Source of the DNA: an uncultured Chloroflexia bacterium | GTDB lineage: Bacteria; Chloroflexota; Anaerolineae; JAAYZQ01 | Length of the DNA stretch: 64,000 bases | Reading direction: 5' to 3' | Assembly: GCA_963700285.1 (NCBI GenBank) | Contig: CAVOXA010000010.1 | Span: 1,824,001 to 1,888,000 of the forward strand | Shown here: positions 60,009-64,000 of the stretch, in pieces | How positions within the stretch are numbered: the stretch's first letter is position 1 | How the letters are laid out: every line of letters begins with the position of its first letter | Made by a program: the position numbers and the translations under genes | Notes under the pieces: model-generated | Told to the model about the DNA's origin: nothing | Database searches by the model: none | The model's input: only the letters and a program-made list of their open reading frames with translations

Positions 60009-60772
60009 GTACCGCGACGATTGAGCAGATCTACCGGCACTACACCGTCCGGGACTACAAGCCTGATCCAGTCCCTGCCGGATTGGTCGAGAGCATTGTC
60101 GCTGCTGGCCAGCGCGCTTCGACCTCGTCCAACTTGCAGGTCTACAGCATTGTGGCCGTAATGGATGCAGAAAAACGGAGCTGCCTGGCCGAGCTGTGTG
60201 GGGGTCAGAGACAAATTCTACAGGCCCCGGTCTTTCTGGCCTGGTGTGCTGACCGGAGCCGCTTGGACCGGATCTGCCGGAGGCGCGGCTACGACCAGGT
60301 GACAGACTATGTTGAGAGCTTTCTCGTGGCAGCCATGGATGCAGCACTAGCCATGCAGAACGCGGCCCTGGCCGCCGAGTCGCTGGGGTTGGGGGTGTGC
60401 TACATCGGCGCCATCCGCAACCAACCAGCGGAGGTGATCGAGCTGTTGGATCTGCCTCCGCTGGTATTCCCTGTCTCGGGCATGACTCTGGGCTGGCCCG
60501 CTGTCGAGCCCTTCATCCGGCCCCGCTTGCCGCTGAGCGCAGTACTCCACTGGGAGAGCTATGATCTGGATGGTGAAGCGGAAGCATTGGCCGAGTACGA
60601 CCAGACGATGATCGATACTGGGATCTACGACGGGCGCCAAGTCCCGGCACCCGGTCGCGAGGATCGAATGGAGGACTATGGTTGGCAGGAGCACTCGGCC
60701 CGGCGTGTCTCCAATCCGATGCGCCCTGGCTTGCGCCAGGTGCTGAGTCGGCAAGGATTCGCGCTGGAGTGA
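60005..60772 (+). CDS. NADPH-dependent nitroreductase (NfsA/NfrA family)
   Basis: HYTVRDY, ASTSSNLQ.YS, AAESLGLG.CYIGAIRN, RPRLP. Confidence 0.9.
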   Translation: MSTATIEQIYRHYTVRDYKPDPVPAGLVESIVAAGQRASTSSNLQVYSIVAVMDAEKRSCLAELCGGQRQILQAPVFLAWCADRSRLDRICRRRGYDQVTDYVESFLVAAMDAALAMQNAALAAESLGLGVCYIGAIRNQPAEVIELLDLPPLVFPVSGMTLGWPAVEPFIRPRLPLSAVLHWESYDLDGEAEALAEYDQTMIDTGIYDGRQVPAPGREDRMEDYGWQEHSARRVSNPMRPGLRQVLSRQGFALE

Positions 60773-60874
60773 GCGACAAGGAGCAAAAAGACGGACCACA
60801 TACCGGAGCCATCCTCTCTGCCTTTGGCGTGGTGATGGCGTGATTGTCCAGGTCCTCCCGTTTGTACCTCCATT

Positions 60875-60903
60875 TTGATTCCCCTTCTCTTCCGTGATAT
60901 AAT
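60875..60903 (+). promoter_or_regulatory. Sigma70-type promoter of uvrA
   Basis: TTGATT-N17-TATAAT with TG at the extended -10 position. Confidence 0.65.
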
Positions 60904-60950
60904 AGCAAGTCGGCCTCTGGCATCGTTCCAGATTGCGGAGGAGCTAAGGT

Positions 60951-63908
60951 ATGTCGCAGGAAGAAAAGATAGTGAGTACTTCCGATCTGAAGAAAATCGT
61001 TATTCGGGGCGCACGGGTACACAACCTGAAAAACGTCGATGTCGAGTTGCCCCGCGACAAACTGGTTGTCATTACGGGCCTATCGGGCTCGGGCAAGTCG
61101 TCGCTGGCCTTTGATACCCTCTACGCTGAGGGCCAGCGGCGCTATGTCGAGTCACTGTCGGCCTATGCCCGCCAGTTCCTGGGCGAGATGCAAAAGCCGG
61201 ATGTAGACCAGATCGACGGTCTGAGCCCGGCGATCAGTATCGACCAGAAGGGTACCAGCCGAAACCCCCGGTCCACCGTAGGTACGGTTACAGAGATCTA
61301 TGACTATCTGCGGCTCCTCTACGCGCGCGTCGGTGTGCCCCATTGTCCTCGCTGCGGCAGGGAGGTCCACCAGCAGACCGTGGGCCAGATCGTGGAGGCC
61401 ATCGAAGAGATGCCCGAGGGCAGCCGCATCCTGGTCATGGCCCCGCTCATCAAGGACCGCAAGGGCGAGCACCGCAAGATCTTTGAGGATGTTCGCAAGC
61501 TGGGTTATGTGCGGGTACGTGTGAACGGCGAGGTTCGTGACGTCGACGAAGAGGTTGAGCTGGACCGCTACAAGATGCATACCATTGAAGCCGTAGTGGA
61601 TCGGCTCATTGTGCGTCACGGGGGCGGGAACGGAAACGGTGACGGCGACAGTCGTGGCATGGACCACACCCGGCTGGCCGATTCGGTGGAAACGGCGCTC
61701 AAGCTGGGTGGCGGGGTGATGATGGTGGCCGACATCACCCAGGAGCCTCCTCACGACCACCTATTTTCTGAGCATTTTGCCTGTGTCCATTGCGGTATCA
61801 ACCTGCTCGAGATCGAACCTCGTACCTTCTCCTTCAACAGTCCCCATGGTGCATGCCCAGCCTGCACTGGCTTGGGTACTGAATTGGAGATCGATCCCGA
61901 CCTGGTCATTCCCGATCGCGGCAAAACGTTGGCACAGGGCGCCATCGAACCCTGGACCCGCGAGCGGTCGGGCGATAGCTATTACCGCCAACTCCTCGAA
62001 GCAGCAGCGGCGCAACAAGGCATTCCGATGGATGTGCCGGTACGCGATCTGCCGGCGAGCCAGTTGAACCTCGTCCTCTATGGTGGGCGGCGAGGCGAAA
62101 AGGTTCGCCTGCATTACAAGACCTCACAGGGACAGCAGCGGACCTATGAGACTCATTTTGAAGGAGTGATTCCCAACCTGCAGCGCCGGCACCGGGAAGC
62201 CTCATCCGATCACGCCAAAGAGCAGATCGAGCGTTATATGGCCGAGCGAAACTGTCCAGCTTGCCGAGGGCGCAGGCTCAAGCCAGAGGCACTGGCCGTG
62301 ACGGTTGGTGATAAGGCTATCGACGAGGTTACGGCCATGTCCGTGACCGAAATGTTGGTCCTGTTCGATGAACTTGAGAGCCCGAGTGCGACAAGGGGGG
62401 AAGGAGAGGGGACTGAGGGGAGATTGCTCACCAGTCGCCAGCGAACCATCGCCCGCCAGATCCTCAAGGAACTGCGCGATCGCCTATCCTTTATGGCCAA
62501 CGTCGGCCTTGACTATCTGACCATTGACCGCCGGGCAGCCACCCTCTCAGGCGGCGAGGCTCAGCGGATTCGCCTTGCCACCCAGATTGGTTCCCGGCTG
62601 ATGGGCGTGCTTTATATCCTGGATGAGCCAAGCATCGGCCTGCACCCCCGCGACAACGGCCGCCTGATCCAGACCCTTCTGGGCATGCGCGACCTGGGCA
62701 ACAGTGTCATCGTCGTCGAACATGACGAGGAGACCATGCGCGCTTCGGACTGGATCCTCGACCTGGGTCCTGGAGCCGGCGAGCATGGAGGCGAGGTGGT
62801 CTGCTCCGCCCCGCTGGAAACATTCCTAAAGTGTAGTGAATCGTTGACCGCGGCCTTTCTGCGGGGCGAGCGCAAGATTGCCGTGCCAGAAGCCCGCCGC
62901 CCGGGCAACGGCAAGTACCTGGATGTGATAGGCGCTGCCGAGAACAACTTGAAGGAGGTCGACGTTCGCTTCCCGCTGCAAAAGTTCGTCGCCGTGACAG
63001 GCGTGTCGGGTTCGGGCAAAAGCAGCCTCGTGGTCGAGGTACTTTTTAAGCGGATGAACCAGTACTTTTACCGGGCCAAGGCCAAACCGGGCAAGTACGA
63101 TGTGATGCAGGGCTTGGACCTCATCGACAAGGTGGTCAACATCGACCAGAGCCCCATCGGCCGTACACCCCGCTCCAACCCGGCGACCTACACCAACGTC
63201 TTTACCCATATCCGAGAACTCCTTGCACAACTGCCCGAGTCCAAGGCGCGGGGTTACAAGCCCGGCCGCTTTAGCTTCAACGTCAAGGGCGGGCGTTGTG
63301 AGGCCTGCCGGGGCGATGGGATTATCAAGATCGAGATGCAATTCTTGCCCGACGTCTACGTACCGTGCGAAGTATGCAATGGGCGCCGATACAACCGCGA
63401 GGCGCTAGAGATCCGGTACAAGGGCAAGAACATCGCCGAGGTGTTGGACATGACGGTGGAGGAGGCGCTAGAGTTCTTTTCCAATGTTCCGCGCATCCGC
63501 AACCAACTCCAGACGTTACATGACGTGGGCTTGGGCTATATTCGCCTGGGCCAGCCGGCCACGACCCTCTCTGGCGGCGAGGCGCAGCGGGTCAAGCTGT
63601 CCAAAGAGCTTTCACGCCGGGCCACGGGCCGTACCTTCTACATCCTGGACGAACCGACCACCGGCCTCCACTTTGTCGACATCGAGAAATTGCTGCAAGT
63701 TCTGCACCGCCTCGTAGACCAGGGGAATACGGTAGTGGTCATTGAGCATAACCTGGATGTCATCAAGGCCTCAGACTGGATCATTGACCTGGGGCCCGAG
63801 GGCGGCGAGGGTGGCGGCTGGGTGATAGCCGAGGGTACTCCCGAGGAGGTATCTCGGGTTCGCAGGTCGTACACAGGCCAGTTTTTGCGCAAAGTACTGA
63901 ACAAATAG
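60951..63908 (+). CDS. uvrA: Excinuclease ABC subunit A
   Basis: [31 protein letters not shown], two LSGGEAQR motifs, zinc fingers. Confidence 0.98.
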   Translation: MSQEEKIVSTSDLKKIVIRGARVHNLKNVDVELPRDKLVVITGLSGSGKSSLAFDTLYAEGQRRYVESLSAYARQFLGEMQKPDVDQIDGLSPAISIDQKGTSRNPRSTVGTVTEIYDYLRLLYARVGVPHCPRCGREVHQQTVGQIVEAIEEMPEGSRILVMAPLIKDRKGEHRKIFEDVRKLGYVRVRVNGEVRDVDEEVELDRYKMHTIEAVVDRLIVRHGGGNGNGDGDSRGMDHTRLADSVETALKLGGGVMMVADITQEPPHDHLFSEHFACVHCGINLLEIEPRTFSFNSPHGACPACTGLGTELEIDPDLVIPDRGKTLAQGAIEPWTRERSGDSYYRQLLEAAAAQQGIPMDVPVRDLPASQLNLVLYGGRRGEKVRLHYKTSQGQQRTYETHFEGVIPNLQRRHREASSDHAKEQIERYMAERNCPACRGRRLKPEALAVTVGDKAIDEVTAMSVTEMLVLFDELESPSATRGEGEGTEGRLLTSRQRTIARQILKELRDRLSFMANVGLDYLTIDRRAATLSGGEAQRIRLATQIGSRLMGVLYILDEPSIGLHPRDNGRLIQTLLGMRDLGNSVIVVEHDEETMRASDWILDLGPGAGEHGGEVVCSAPLETFLKCSESLTAAFLRGERKIAVPEARRPGNGKYLDVIGAAENNLKEVDVRFPLQKFVAVTGVSGSGKSSLVVEVLFKRMNQYFYRAKAKPGKYDVMQGLDLIDKVVNIDQSPIGRTPRSNPATYTNVFTHIRELLAQLPESKARGYKPGRFSFNVKGGRCEACRGDGIIKIEMQFLPDVYVPCEVCNGRRYNREALEIRYKGKNIAEVLDMTVEEALEFFSNVPRIRNQLQTLHDVGLGYIRLGQPATTLSGGEAQRVKLSKELSRRATGRTFYILDEPTTGLHFVDIEKLLQVLHRLVDQGNTVVVIEHNLDVIKASDWIIDLGPEGGEGGGWVIAEGTPEEVSRVRRSYTGQFLRKVLNK

Positions 63909-64000
63909 GGGGCAGACAGCATCTGGCAGCTTTTGCTGCTATGATGATAGTTTTTGACAGGCCACTTGTGCTATAGTGTAGGCGCCCAGGCGGAGAATAG

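Noticed and set aside
60780-60950. LexA/SOS box upstream of uvrA
   Set aside because: No GAAC-N4-GTTC or other clear palindrome seen near the promoter.

Overview
GC-rich bacterial chromosomal window, most likely Chloroflexota (Anaerolineae-like). That assignment is inferred from the gene repertoire, YLP-type motifs in secreted proteins and an LPxTG-like sorting signal. Most of the window is ordinary housekeeping and metabolic DNA: recA 3' end, MshA-like glycosyltransferase, site-2 protease, era, queuosine-precursor transporter, two FemABX-like proteins, an ECF transporter, aldehyde:ferredoxin oxidoreductase with MoaD, a galK/aldolase/kinase sugar cluster, aminotransferase-serA-DUF1015, MscS, a nitroreductase and uvrA. 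Two regions stand out. (1) A complex I operon contains only the membrane-arm genes nuoA-H-J-K-L-M-N, with no B/C/D/I or E/F/G. (2) An accessory region (about 29.7-40.2 kb) lies directly behind an intact comM. The 3' end of comM recurs twice more as direct repeats (32413-32943, 36739-37155) that separate cargo blocks: a serpin block, an SNF2/YqhG-like pair, and a PP-loop ATPase/peptidase block. The two copies are interrupted by ten short (about 18-27 nt) hairpin insertions at eight distinct sites. Two of these are shared between the copies, and three sit between stretches 100% identical to intact comM. No integrase, reverse transcriptase, tRNA, rRNA or CRISPR array was recognised. All alignments were done by eye and product calls rest on motif recognition, not database searches.
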